Positions 47,368 through 55,496 of a stretch of DNA of 55,589 nucleotides are shown piece after piece; positions within the stretch are counted from its first letter, which is position 1; each line of letters begins with the position of its first letter. The DNA is taken from assembly GCA_964646315.1 (NCBI GenBank), contig CAZYDN010000001.1, positions 4,650-60,238 of the forward strand. Direction: 5' to 3'. The notes below the pieces were generated by a model. It was not told the origin of the DNA. It saw only the letters and a list, made by a program, of their open reading frames with translations, and made no database searches. A program made the translations under genes and the position numbers. The DNA is from an uncultured Candidatus Saccharibacteria bacterium (GTDB taxonomy: Bacteria; Patescibacteriota; Minisyncoccia; Phycocordibacterales; Phycocordibacteraceae).

Positions 47368-47393
47368 TTGGCTGCGTGGGACGATGTTGGAAC
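47368..47393 (+). repeat. array motif copy 4
   Basis: TTGGCTGCGTGGGACGATGTTGGAAC. Confidence 0.85.
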
Positions 47394-47625
47394 TTTTGTA
47401 TATAAACGATGAGGGCCGGAACATTGTCCCGGCCCTCCGCCAACATCATATATGCCCTTAGGCACAGACCGAGCTAGTCATGATGCGGCGAACTCGGCTG
47501 CTCTAGTGGCCCTTACGCATAAGCCCTCCCTTCGTTAAAGGAAACGATTGGATCGGGTTTAGAATGTATCCGGTCCGTTTATAAGAGTGCCCTAGGGAGA
47601 AAGGTAAGTCAAAGATCATAATTTA

Positions 47626-47654
47626 TTGCTGGCAGTCTGGGACGATGTTGGAAC
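47626..47654 (+). repeat. array motif copy 5 (consensus)
   Basis: TTGCTGGCAGTCTGGGACGATGTTGGAAC. Confidence 0.95.
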
Positions 47655-47705
47655 CCTTATGCAATCTATGCTAGTTTCTGTCTAGACCAGAAATGGAGAG
47701 AATAG

Positions 47706-48215
47706 ATGAGATGGATTGGAATTAGTGGAGGTTGGCGAACAGCCAATGAAGTCGTCGAACGAGATGTCCGTGCCATGGTTCAGGGTATTCTCAATCGTGG
47801 CGACGGTATCGTCTCAGGAGGTGCCTTGAACGTGGACTACATTGCCACAGATGAAGCCCTGAAGCTGAATCCCGAAGCGACCCGTATCAAGGTGTTCCTC
47901 CCCGTTACGCTTGAGCGGTACTCTGCCCATTACAGGAACAGAGCCGAAGAAGGTGTCATTACACATGCGCAGGCCGAGATACTCATCGAGCAACTCACGC
48001 GCCTCAGAACGGCAAACGCATATGCGCTAATCGAGCATCCGACAAACACTGTCTGCAATGAGACTACCTACTATGAGCGGAACATGGAAGTTATCAATGC
48101 TTCTGACGAGCTCTACGCGTTTTGGATCAATCGTACTTCCGGTACGAAAGATGCTATTGAAAAGGCGAAGTCTCAAGGCAAGCCTGTTTCGATATTCAAC
48201 TATGAAGTCCCTTGA
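47706..48215 (+). CDS. SLOG/DprA-like Rossmann-fold protein (DUF2493-like), hypothetical
   Basis: 169 aa. IVSGGALNVDYIATDEAL resembles the GGAxGxD nucleotide-binding loop of the DprA/LOG/SLOG superfamily. RBS GGAGAG. Confidence 0.5.
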   Translation: MRWIGISGGWRTANEVVERDVRAMVQGILNRGDGIVSGGALNVDYIATDEALKLNPEATRIKVFLPVTLERYSAHYRNRAEEGVITHAQAEILIEQLTRLRTANAYALIEHPTNTVCNETTYYERNMEVINASDELYAFWINRTSGTKDAIEKAKSQGKPVSIFNYEVP

Positions 48216-48250
48216 GGGTCGCGGAGAGATTCGCGGCCTTTTCTTTTATA

Positions 48251-48274
48251 TTGCTGGCAGAGTAGGTATCGAAC
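48251..48274 (+). repeat. array motif copy 6, left half only
   Basis: TTGCTGGCAG is followed by the unrelated AGTAGGTATCGAAC. It directly abuts the stop of the flavoprotein gene. Confidence 0.6.
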
Positions 48275-49522
48275 TTACGCGTTCTTGCCCGCAATGTACC
48301 CGGTAGTCCAACAAAGCTGGAGCGAGTACCCTCCAGACGGACGAGTGATGTCGAGCAAATCTCCGGTGACCAAAAGATTTGAAATTTTTGTAGACCGCAT
48401 TGTGCGCATATCAATTTCTGCGAGAGTGACTCCCCCGTCTGCAACCACCGCTCTACTGAAGCCCATGAGCCCCGAGATAGTTGCCGGAAGCCCCTTAAAC
48501 AAATCCACAAGCACGCGGCGCTGCTCCTTGGTGACGCTGTGCACTTTGGTGTCCGGGTCTATCTCTGGAACTAATCCTAGAAGCACTTCTACGCAACTAG
48601 AAGGAATGAGGCTCGGGAGCGCATTACGAAGAAGTTTATTCTTGTTGCTATCAAAAAGAGCTACGAGCTCTTGATCGAGAATTCCAATGTCCTTTGTAGG
48701 AAATAAATCGATTGCAGCAGTTACTGTGCCCGCGTGGAGCAGGTCCGCTACATCTCCTGCACTGTTTAAAATAGTCGGTCCAGAAAGACCAAAGTGAGTA
48801 AGAAGGATATTTCCCTTCTTAGAGAAACTACGCACGCCATCTTGAAAGAACGTAATTTTTGCGTTTTCAAATGTCGTACCTTTTAACTTGTGAATCCACT
48901 TCTCCTTTGCAGCAAGTGGCACAATAGTGGGTGTAGGAGAGAGCACTGTGTGTCCAAGCTCAGAAAGCCAATTAAATCCGTCTCCCGTAGAGCCGGTCTC
49001 TGGGTGTGACACGCCTCCGGTAGCGAAAATGTAGGAATCAGCTGAAAATTCAAATCCTTGAGCCACAATTGAAGTAATTGCTCCAGCTTCTGTTTTAATG
49101 CGAGCAATTTCTGTATTAAGTCTCACCTCCACATTCCCCTTACGCAAATAGTCTTCAAGCGCAGCCACTACACTTGGTGCATGCTGTGACTTTGGAAATG
49201 CGCGATTAAGCTTCTCCACAACAATAGGCACGCCGATGCGTTCAAAAAAGGCCACCGACTCCTGCATACCGAACTCGGAAAATGCAGAAAAGAGAAAAGG
49301 TGCCGCTTCTCCGTAGTGTGACAGAAGTGCGCGCTCATTTTCCTGTGCGTTCAAAATATTGCAGCGTCCTCCACCTGAAATGGCGAGCTTCGCACCAAGC
49401 ACATCGTTCTTCTCAAGCAGAAGCACACGCTTCCCCGCCTCTGCAGCTATACCCGCAGCCATCATGCCCGAGGCTCCGCCGCCTACTACAATGACGTCGT
49501 GCGTATGTAGACTCTTAGCCAT
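48275..49522 (-). CDS. NAD(FAD)-utilising dehydrogenase, HI0933/BaiN family flavoprotein
   Basis: VIVVGGGASGMMAAG and LAISGGGRCN. Confidence 0.85.
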   Translation of the reverse strand: MAKSLHTHDVIVVGGGASGMMAAGIAAEAGKRVLLLEKNDVLGAKLAISGGGRCNILNAQENERALLSHYGEAAPFLFSAFSEFGMQESVAFFERIGVPIVVEKLNRAFPKSQHAPSVVAALEDYLRKGNVEVRLNTEIARIKTEAGAITSIVAQGFEFSADSYIFATGGVSHPETGSTGDGFNWLSELGHTVLSPTPTIVPLAAKEKWIHKLKGTTFENAKITFFQDGVRSFSKKGNILLTHFGLSGPTILNSAGDVADLLHAGTVTAAIDLFPTKDIGILDQELVALFDSNKNKLLRNALPSLIPSSCVEVLLGLVPEIDPDTKVHSVTKEQRRVLVDLFKGLPATISGLMGFSRAVVADGGVTLAEIDMRTMRSTKISNLLVTGDLLDITRPSGGYSLQLCWTTGYIAGKNA

Positions 49523-50399
49523 GAGTAACTTCCGAAGTGTTTGCTACGTGTTCTTTGCACTCGAGGGAGCAATAGGTACCAGACTCTTCTTGACAATCAC
49601 TGCAGGCGAGGAAATGAAGGTGGCAAAAATTATTAGCGCAGTTTACGTATTCCTCCGTAGCTGCTCCACAGTGCTTACAGCGCCCCACAATTTCACGGTC
49701 TCCACCAAAGTTCATGGTGAGACGTTTATCAAACGTATAAAGCGAGCCAAGGAAGTCCTTTCCAGGATACTTCTCCATATACGCATGCATGCCGTTCTCC
49801 AGCTGGTACACATCGTTAAATCCGTTCTCAAGAAGAAAGGCAGACATCTTTTCGCAGCGAATACCTCCCGTGCAGACAGTGAGCACCGTTTTGTCTTTGA
49901 GCTCTTCGAGCTTTGGCAGTGCGAGTGGCAAGTCACGAGAGTTCTCAAGACCTGGATTTATAGAATCTTTGAAGTGTCCGGCCTGGTACTCGTAGTCGTT
50001 GCGCATATCTACAACCACAAAGTCTTTTCCTTCCTCGTACCAATTGCGAAGCTCTTCTGGCTTTAAGTGGGTGGCAGTGCGTACGCGAGGATCCACATTC
50101 TTAGGAAAACGAGTACCCACAATTTCGTCTCGCACTTTTACATACAATTTAGAAAACGCAGCTCCGGTGCCTTCGCTACGCTTTATGTTCATATCTGAGA
50201 AACGCGGGTGTTCAAGCAAGCTAGACGCGAAGAGTTCTGTATTTTCTACAGTCCCTTCTACGGTGCCGTTTATTCCCTCTTCTGCTACCAATATGCGGCC
50301 AAGGAGGCCGTGCTTTGTGGCAAGAGCACGAATACTATGCATAAGGGCAACAGGGTCCTCTATGGTGACGTATTTATAGAAAAGCAGTACTTGCGGCAT
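49515..50399 (-). CDS. trhO: rhodanese-domain protein of the UPF0176/TrhO family
   Basis: LLFYKYVTIEDP N-terminus, a rhodanese domain with CTGGIRCE, and a C-terminal Cys cluster. Confidence 0.75.
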   Translation of the reverse strand: MPQVLLFYKYVTIEDPVALMHSIRALATKHGLLGRILVAEEGINGTVEGTVENTELFASSLLEHPRFSDMNIKRSEGTGAAFSKLYVKVRDEIVGTRFPKNVDPRVRTATHLKPEELRNWYEEGKDFVVVDMRNDYEYQAGHFKDSINPGLENSRDLPLALPKLEELKDKTVLTVCTGGIRCEKMSAFLLENGFNDVYQLENGMHAYMEKYPGKDFLGSLYTFDKRLTMNFGGDREIVGRCKHCGAATEEYVNCANNFCHLHFLACSDCQEESGTYCSLECKEHVANTSEVTHG

Positions 50400-50441
50400 G
50401 ATTTTTGCATTTTACCAGGTTCGTGGCGTCCTGTCAGTTTG

Positions 50442-50984
50442 CTACTTCGAAGGCAAGGTTAATGAATATTCACCAATATGAATCCATTCAGATACTTCAC
50501 CTTCGGTTTTATATAGATGTATACGATCTACTAGAAATGTCTCGCCTGGAGGCAGCGAAAGTGCCTGCGCAGTTTTTTGCTTGCGGTCATACGGGTAATT
50601 CCCATACAGCAAACTTACGTGTGGAATATACGCTCTCTCATCCTCAGTACCAAAAATCTGGTTCGCACTTTTATGTGCTCGCACTATCTCTTCACACTCT
50701 GCATGAACATACAGGGCTCTAAAATAAGCATCTTCAAGACCAAAATTTCCAAGAGTAATGGAAAACGGAGCGATCTGTTCTGCTAGGAGTTTTGCCTTCT
50801 CTACAAGAAGCGCTTCTTCCTCTGAGGCAATGCGAGCAAGTAGTGTGACATGGGGAGTGAATAATGGACCTCCGTACTCTTCCGCAAGCTGCTCAATAAC
50901 GGTACTAAGCTTTTGACGGAGGACACCTTCAGGCTCTAGAAAAAGATGGTATCCGGCAGTGCTACTACTGTGGGGATCGAACAT
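50442..50984 (-). CDS. 2H phosphoesterase / 2'-5' RNA ligase family protein
   Basis: Two HxT/S motifs, PHVTLLA and PHVSLLY. Confidence 0.75.
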   Translation of the reverse strand: MFDPHSSSTAGYHLFLEPEGVLRQKLSTVIEQLAEEYGGPLFTPHVTLLARIASEEEALLVEKAKLLAEQIAPFSITLGNFGLEDAYFRALYVHAECEEIVRAHKSANQIFGTEDERAYIPHVSLLYGNYPYDRKQKTAQALSLPPGETFLVDRIHLYKTEGEVSEWIHIGEYSLTLPSK

Positions 50985-51057
50985 TTCAGCATAGTATCAC
51001 GCACACCAGGTAGACTCATTTCTCCTTCGCTTCTTGGCAATAACTTATGTGAAAAGG

Positions 51058-51684
51058 TTAATCCTGAATGTGTAGCCCAAAAACTCCTGAGAGATAGAGC
51101 GCTTGTCCTGTTGATACGGTTACATTCTCGATACTCGTTTTATCTATTTTTATATCTTCTAGATTGGATCCGGGGAACTGCACGTCCATGAGTTTTCCAG
51201 ATACAAATTGAGCACTTTCCAAATTACAGTTCCGAAACTCTACATTTTCGAGCGTTGCACCGAGAAAATCACACCCAACCATTTCGCATGAATAAAAAAG
51301 AACATCCTTCAATTTACTAAATCTAAAGTTGGCTCCATCGAGCTTCGAGGAAGCAAAATGCACATCTTGCATATCGGACTCTGCAAGGGTCACCGCCTGG
51401 AATCGGGTGGACTTTACTAGCACACGATTAAGACTCGCCTCGTACACCGCCGCCCCGGTGAACGTGCACTTTTCCAAAATTGTGTCCGTTATATTCGCCT
51501 CGGCTACATTGGCTCCAGTAAAATTACTATTTTCTACAACGCATTCTTCGAACGTAACTTTCTCTAACTTCGCGTCCTCCAGAAGCGCGCCCACCACTAG
51601 CGCACCTTCCATATATATCTCTGCTCCAGGACTCACTTGTGTATGCGTGAGCTTTTCTCGTTTTACGTCCGGCTTGCGTACCAT
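51058..51684 (-). CDS. pentapeptide-repeat protein
   Basis: Continuous A(D/N)LxX-type pentapeptide repeats. Confidence 0.8.
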   Translation of the reverse strand: MVRKPDVKREKLTHTQVSPGAEIYMEGALVVGALLEDAKLEKVTFEECVVENSNFTGANVAEANITDTILEKCTFTGAAVYEASLNRVLVKSTRFQAVTLAESDMQDVHFASSKLDGANFRFSKLKDVLFYSCEMVGCDFLGATLENVEFRNCNLESAQFVSGKLMDVQFPGSNLEDIKIDKTSIENVTVSTGQALYLSGVFGLHIQD

Positions 51685-51693
51685 ACGGTGATT

Positions 51694-51948
51694 CTATCCT
51701 ACCTCGCGATGAGGACATCCTGCCCAGCAACACGGACGACGCATACCACCATTGAGCTTGGATATCGCTTTCTCAATACGAATACTTCTTGTCTCAGCCT
51801 TCTTGCCCGACGTTACCCAGCAAATCCATTCACTACGCGCGAGTGGTGTGATGTCTTCCCACACGGTGCGCGCTTTCACGGAAGCAGACAGCGCTTCACG
51901 CAAGTCCTTTGGCAGAGAGTGCATCGAGCCGGAGGCCAGGTTCTTCAT
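51694..51948 (-). CDS. YdeI/OmpD-associated family protein
   Basis: PKDLREAL...WEDITPLARSEWICWV...KAETRSIRIEKAISKL pattern. Confidence 0.6.
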   Translation of the reverse strand: MKNLASGSMHSLPKDLREALSASVKARTVWEDITPLARSEWICWVTSGKKAETRSIRIEKAISKLNGGMRRPCCWAGCPHREVG

Positions 51949-51970
51949 ATGGTAATTATATCAAAATATA

Positions 51971-51992
51971 GCTACCAGAAATCAGTTGGAAC
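51971..51992 (+). repeat. array motif copy, right half intact and left half degenerate
   Basis: GCTACCAGAAATCAGTTGGAAC followed by CTTTTAT, as in other copies. Confidence 0.6.
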
Positions 51993-52023
51993 CTTTTATG
52001 TTCACAGATAGTTATCCTAGTAT

Positions 52024-52281
52024 ATGTCACCTAAACACATTTCTTTTACTGCGCTTGGAACGTTTATTATTCTTCTTATCCCTTACCTATTTAAATGGCC
52101 ATGGACGGTCAGTGATTTTGTTGTCGCGGGGTCCATCATTTTTGTGGCAGGAATTAGTCTTAGCCTTATTTGGCAAAAGGCAGGAAAACATCGCCTTGGG
52201 GGAGTTATTGCACTAGTACTACTCTTCGTGTGGCTCTGGGCAGAGCTTGCTGTTGGTGTTTTTACTAACTGGGGAAGTTAG
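52024..52281 (+). CDS. 85-aa membrane protein, hypothetical
   Basis: Three hydrophobic helices and no SD. The ATG lies 9 nt after TAGTTA, so the mRNA may be leaderless. Confidence 0.5.
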   Translation: MSPKHISFTALGTFIILLIPYLFKWPWTVSDFVVAGSIIFVAGISLSLIWQKAGKHRLGGVIALVLLFVWLWAELAVGVFTNWGS

Positions 52282-52306
52282 AAACTATCAAGATTAGATG
52301 TGGCCC

Positions 52307-53077
52307 TTAGGATTTCTTAAAACCTTCAAACGCCTTTAGCACCTCGAGCGGAAGGGCGAACACTACCGTGTTCGATTGATCTGAAGAAATATCATTTATC
52401 GATTGGAGCGTTCGTAGATGAAGTGCTCCCGGAACAGCCGAGAGGATGCTTGCCGCCTGAGCAACCTTTTCGGCAGCCGCAAGTTCTCCCTCAGAGTTGA
52501 TAATAACGGCGCGCTTCTCGCGCTCAGCCTCTGCCTGCTTCGCAATGGTGCGCTCCATTTCGGGAGGAAGACTCACATCTTTCAGTTCAACGTTCTGAAC
52601 TTTTAGACCCCATGCATCAGTTTCAAGATCTACTATCTCGCGAATGCGCTCCGCAATTCTATCCCTTCCTGAAAGAAGTTCGTCCAAAGTAACTTCGCCC
52701 ACAATATTACGCATAGTTGTTTGAGCGTACTGCGAAATTGCATAGCGGAAATCCTCTACCTCTATAATTACTTTTTCGGCATCAGATACTTTGTAATAAA
52801 TAACAGCATTAACACGCACTGAAACGTTGTCGCGCGTAATTGCATTTTGGTCGGGCACATCAACAGCTTTGGTACGCATGTCGACCTTTTGAAAGGCCTG
52901 AAATATCGGGATAACTATTCTCCATCCGGGTTCCAAAATTCCAGAGAACCGACCCATAGTAAAAAGTACCCCGCGCTCGTACTGGTTAATTTGTCGGATA
53001 ACAAGAAACAGAACTGCGATTGCAGCAACTACAAGAATAAGAAGAAATAGAGGGTCCATATGTAAGTATCGTATCAT
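52307..53077 (-). CDS. SPFH/band 7 (stomatin-like) protein
   Basis: N-terminal TM helix plus an SPFH core (VDMRTKAVDVPDQNAITRDNVSVRVNAVIYYKV). The start could be 53059. Confidence 0.85.
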   Translation of the reverse strand: MIRYLHMDPLFLLILVVAAIAVLFLVIRQINQYERGVLFTMGRFSGILEPGWRIVIPIFQAFQKVDMRTKAVDVPDQNAITRDNVSVRVNAVIYYKVSDAEKVIIEVEDFRYAISQYAQTTMRNIVGEVTLDELLSGRDRIAERIREIVDLETDAWGLKVQNVELKDVSLPPEMERTIAKQAEAEREKRAVIINSEGELAAAEKVAQAASILSAVPGALHLRTLQSINDISSDQSNTVVFALPLEVLKAFEGFKKS

Positions 53078-53186
53078 TTTTCTGAATGAGAAAATGGTTA
53101 ATGAATTGGCCTTCCTGCAATTCTAAACGACCCCCTGCTAATTCCACACGTAACTAATAGGAATTACGTAATGTTATAGGAAGTAT

Positions 53187-53486
53187 ATGAAATGGAATCC
53201 TCTGATAAATGCCGTATTCGCTGTGCTTTATATAGGTACTGTAGTTCTCTTTATGCATTATATTGAGTCACTACGTCACAATACTCCAGACACCTTCCTA
53301 GATGGTATTGGCGCAATTTCTCTGTTTGTATTTTCCGCAGCAATTATGGCTTTCCTGTTTTTTTATCAGCCTATCGTAAGACTCATAGAGAATAAGAAGA
53401 CCGAAGCGGTATCGTACTTTCTCAAAACGCTTGGCATATTTGGCTTTGTAACGCTCGTGATACTTGTCTTAGTAAGTATTCAATAG
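53187..53486 (+). CDS. 99-aa membrane protein, hypothetical
   Basis: RBS AGGAAG and three TM helices. Confidence 0.55.
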   Translation: MKWNPLINAVFAVLYIGTVVLFMHYIESLRHNTPDTFLDGIGAISLFVFSAAIMAFLFFYQPIVRLIENKKTEAVSYFLKTLGIFGFVTLVILVLVSIQ

Positions 53487-53518
53487 ATACTCGCAGCTGG
53501 GATAAAGTGTAAACGTCT

Positions 53519-53701
53519 TCAATTCCCTTCTTTCAACGCTCTGCGTATCAAGGATTCTGCGATTCGCAGTGCAGCAATTCTGTTTTCAATAAGTGTCAGA
53601 TGACCCCGGGTTAAATTCACCTTCGCCTTCTCACTCTTACTAATCAAAGAGTTAATCCTCTCAAGTGCACCCTCTAGTTCTTCTTTAGAAAAATCTATCA
53701 T
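53519..53701 (-). CDS. 60-aa helical hypothetical protein
   Basis: ORF only, with a weak RBS. Confidence 0.35.
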   Translation of the reverse strand: MIDFSKEELEGALERINSLISKSEKAKVNLTRGHLTLIENRIAALRIAESLIRRALKEGN

Positions 53702-53791
53702 GCCTGAATTCTACACTGTTGGAGCACCGCCATCTGAGATGACTTTGGAATATTCCGAATAATGGAAAAAGCGACCACGTGAGTGATCGCC

Positions 53792-54016
53792 TTATTCTAA
53801 TAATTCGACTTCCTTCCGTCGAACTAATTTATCGATACCAACAAGTCGATATGCCGGAGTCAGAGATAAGGGGTCCTCGAATTTAGATTCTACCGTCACC
53901 GTAGCGCCGATAAGATTACAAACGCATCCCCTATTCTCTCCGTGTTCACGGGCTTCGCAGACAAGCACCGATACCAACTTCCCAATGATCTTGTCATCGT
54001 ATGTCCATGTGGTCAT
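53792..54016 (-). CDS. 74-aa hypothetical protein
   Basis: RBS GGAGG 5 nt before the ATG of MTTWTYDD. A minus-strand terminator hairpin lies at 53773-53792. Confidence 0.5.
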   Translation of the reverse strand: MTTWTYDDKIIGKLVSVLVCEAREHGENRGCVCNLIGATVTVESKFEDPLSLTPAYRLVGIDKLVRRKEVELLE

Positions 54017-54080
54017 AGGAACCTCCAATCTCAGTTGAGGATGCCAGGAACGAATTGTTAAATCAAGTTAACAATCTAAG

Positions 54081-54093
54081 GCGATGTTGGAAC
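54081..54093 (+). repeat. array motif copy, right half only
   Basis: GCGATGTTGGAAC. The sequence to its left is unrelated to the motif's left arm. Confidence 0.7.
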
Positions 54094-54146
54094 CTTTCAG
54101 TAATACATGGTAATTTCCGTCCAGAGCAACCTTAAGGAGTTCCAAG

Positions 54147-54308
54147 ATGGGTCAAACCATTGAGATTTGGAGGGCCTGTGGCATCGGGTTCTTTGTCGCC
54201 ATATTCACTTTCACTATTGGAGCAGTGATTGGGAAAGGGATTGGCTGGAACCAATGCGGTCGGCTTCTCCGTCCCAGCCTGTTCCCGCCCCGAAAGCGAA
54301 ACCACTAA
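54147..54308 (+). CDS. 53-aa membrane peptide
   Basis: RBS AAGGAG. MGQTIEIWRACGIGFFVAIFTFTIGAVIGKGIGWNQCGRLLRPSLFPPRKRNH. The terminator follows immediately. Confidence 0.5.
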   Translation: MGQTIEIWRACGIGFFVAIFTFTIGAVIGKGIGWNQCGRLLRPSLFPPRKRNH

Positions 54309-54340
54309 CACCCAACGAGATCACCTGACCTCGTTGGGTG
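54309..54340 (+). terminator. hairpin terminator
   Basis: CACCCAACGAG / CTCGTTGGGTG 11-bp stem followed by TTCTC. Confidence 0.6.
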
Positions 54341-54353
54341 TTCTCACTATATG

Positions 54354-54380
54354 GCTGGCAGTTTGGAACGATGTTGGAAC
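54354..54380 (+). repeat. array motif copy 8
   Basis: GCTGGCAGTTTGGAACGATGTTGGAAC. Confidence 0.9.
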
Positions 54381-54450
54381 CAGGCTACGATTGACAATAC
54401 AATTTTGTAAGGTTACATCTATATACAGAATTAAACATACGGAGCTTCAG

Positions 54451-54702
54451 ATGAGCGAACGTAAGCCCTTTAAGAAGGTGCGCGAGGATGGCTGGATCGG
54501 TGGCGTGTGCGGAGGTATTGCGTATGCCTTCGGCATACCGACACTCTGGTTACGCATAATAGTAATCATTGTGCTCTTCTGCTTCACTAACCCCTTCTTC
54601 GACTATCTAGGTCAGTTTGTCTTCTGGTTCTATCTCCTAGCTTGGATCTTTGGACCAGATTGGGACACTGACCCCGAAGACTATAAAGAACGGACGGCTT
54701 AA
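54451..54702 (+). CDS. PspC-domain membrane protein (83 aa)
   Basis: REDGWIGGVCGGIAYAFGIPTLWLRIIVIIV is a PspC-domain signature. RBS ACGGAG. The track ORF 54229..54702 is an artefactual upstream extension across motif copy 8. Confidence 0.7.
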   Translation: MSERKPFKKVREDGWIGGVCGGIAYAFGIPTLWLRIIVIIVLFCFTNPFFDYLGQFVFWFYLLAWIFGPDWDTDPEDYKERTA

Positions 54703-54706
54703 TATG

Positions 54707-54735
54707 CCCACCGGCGGAATTCCCGCTCAGGTGGG
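54707..54735 (+). terminator. rho-independent terminator
   Basis: CCCACC...GGTGGG with an inner GGCGG/CCGC pairing, followed by TTTTCTGTTTT. Confidence 0.7.
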
Positions 54736-54752
54736 TTTTCTGTTTTATAAAA

Positions 54753-54781
54753 TTGCTGGCAGTCTGGGACGATGTTGGAAC
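54753..54781 (+). repeat. array motif copy 9 (consensus)
   Basis: TTGCTGGCAGTCTGGGACGATGTTGGAAC. Confidence 0.95.
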
Positions 54782-54827
54782 CTGTATTTTGACGTGATAC
54801 CCTCTATATAGAGAAGGGAGACACCTT

Positions 54828-54995
54828 ATGAGTAAGTCAGTTCAGATTGTCGGCGGACCCGATTGGAAAAATGAAGTCCAGCGGCGTATCGCTGAAGGTC
54901 GCAAAAGACTCAGGACCTTTATGAGTTCTGAGTTCGAAAGCTACACAAGACGCGTGCTGGGTGATCGGTACAATGAACTCGTCGGAAATCCGTAA
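54828..54995 (+). CDS. 55-aa basic hypothetical protein
   Basis: RBS AAGGGAG. MSKSVQIVGGPDWKNEVQRRIAEGRKRLRTF... The terminator follows. Confidence 0.5.
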   Translation: MSKSVQIVGGPDWKNEVQRRIAEGRKRLRTFMSSEFESYTRRVLGDRYNELVGNP

Positions 54996-55006
54996 CCCTA
55001 GCCGTC

Positions 55007-55034
55007 GAAACCGTCCTCGTATGAGGGCGGTTTC
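55007..55034 (+). terminator. rho-independent terminator
   Basis: GAAACCGTCCTC-GTAT-GAGGGCGGTTTC followed by ATTCTTTATT. Confidence 0.7.
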
Positions 55035-55042
55035 ATTCTTTA

Positions 55043-55071
55043 TTGCTGACAGTTTGGAACGATGTTGGAAC
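55043..55071 (+). repeat. array motif copy 10
   Basis: TTGCTGACAGTTTGGAACGATGTTGGAAC. Confidence 0.9.
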
Positions 55072-55125
55072 CTTTTATATAAAAAACCGCCCATATACCG
55101 GGGCGGCGTCGGTTCCTCACAGCCC

Positions 55126-55434
55126 TCATCGAGCTAACGGGATGCTGAAGTAATACCAGGCTCTCACTAAGGTAATCGAGCTGGTTCCTGTATCCCCCGT
55201 AGATTTGGAGAAAAAGGATTCAAAATATGTTCCCTGATCAACAGCGTATTCAAGCAAAGTGATCATCTGTTCGAGATCACCAAGCTCAACACGTAGAGCT
55301 TCTTGAACATGCACCTGCCTGACGAGGATCGGCTTGCAGCCGCGAAGGATGAAGCTAGTCGGTAATGCAGTAACATCAAGACGACGTGCCTTTTCCTTTG
55401 CGAGCCGTTCTTTTTCGGCATACCACGCATCCAT
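55126..55434 (-). CDS. 102-aa hypothetical protein
   Basis: Start taken at MDAWYAEKE, with RBS AAAGGA. A minus-strand terminator (55087-55106 plus T-run) lies downstream. Its own promoter is TTGACG, 16-nt spacer, TATTGT, on the minus strand around 55462-55489. Confidence 0.5.
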   Translation of the reverse strand: MDAWYAEKERLAKEKARRLDVTALPTSFILRGCKPILVRQVHVQEALRVELGDLEQMITLLEYAVDQGTYFESFFSKSTGDTGTSSITLVRAWYYFSIPLAR

Positions 55435-55496
55435 TATGGTTCCTTTCTGTTCGTTTCTGCACTGACAATACAACTCTAGCTTCGCACGTCAAATAA

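Noticed and set aside
47228-47449. 73-aa and 63-aa minus-strand ORFs
   Set aside because: Both read through motif copy 4 and lie antisense to the well-supported 39-aa peptide gene. Neither has an RBS.
47626-47654. The motif as a sigma-54 promoter (TGGCA present)
   Set aside because: With GG placed at -24, the positions where the -12 GC of TTGC should fall read AC/GA. No sigma-54 or enhancer-binding protein genes are seen.
53701-53792. Possible extra motif copy (CTACACTGTTGGAGCACC)
   Set aside because: Only GTTGGA(G)C matches. Neither the GAT spacer, the TGGGAC unit nor the left arm is present, so it is too weak to count.
54229-54702. 157-aa ORF from the track
   Set aside because: Its N-terminal 74 codons read through a terminator hairpin and motif copy 8. 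The real gene is the PspC-domain ORF starting at 54451, which has its own RBS. A separate 53-aa gene in a different frame occupies 54147-54308.
55043-55071. The motif as an alphaproteobacterial-type LexA box (GAAC-N7-GAAC)
   Set aside because: The exact GAAC-N7-GAAC occurs only in copies 8 and 10, and the others read GGAC-N7-GAAC. This genome's own lexA promoter carries a palindromic GAAC-N4-GTTC box instead.
54837-55094. 85-aa minus-strand ORF
   Set aside because: It is antisense to the 55-aa gene, which has an RBS and a terminator. It also reads through the terminator and motif copy 10.
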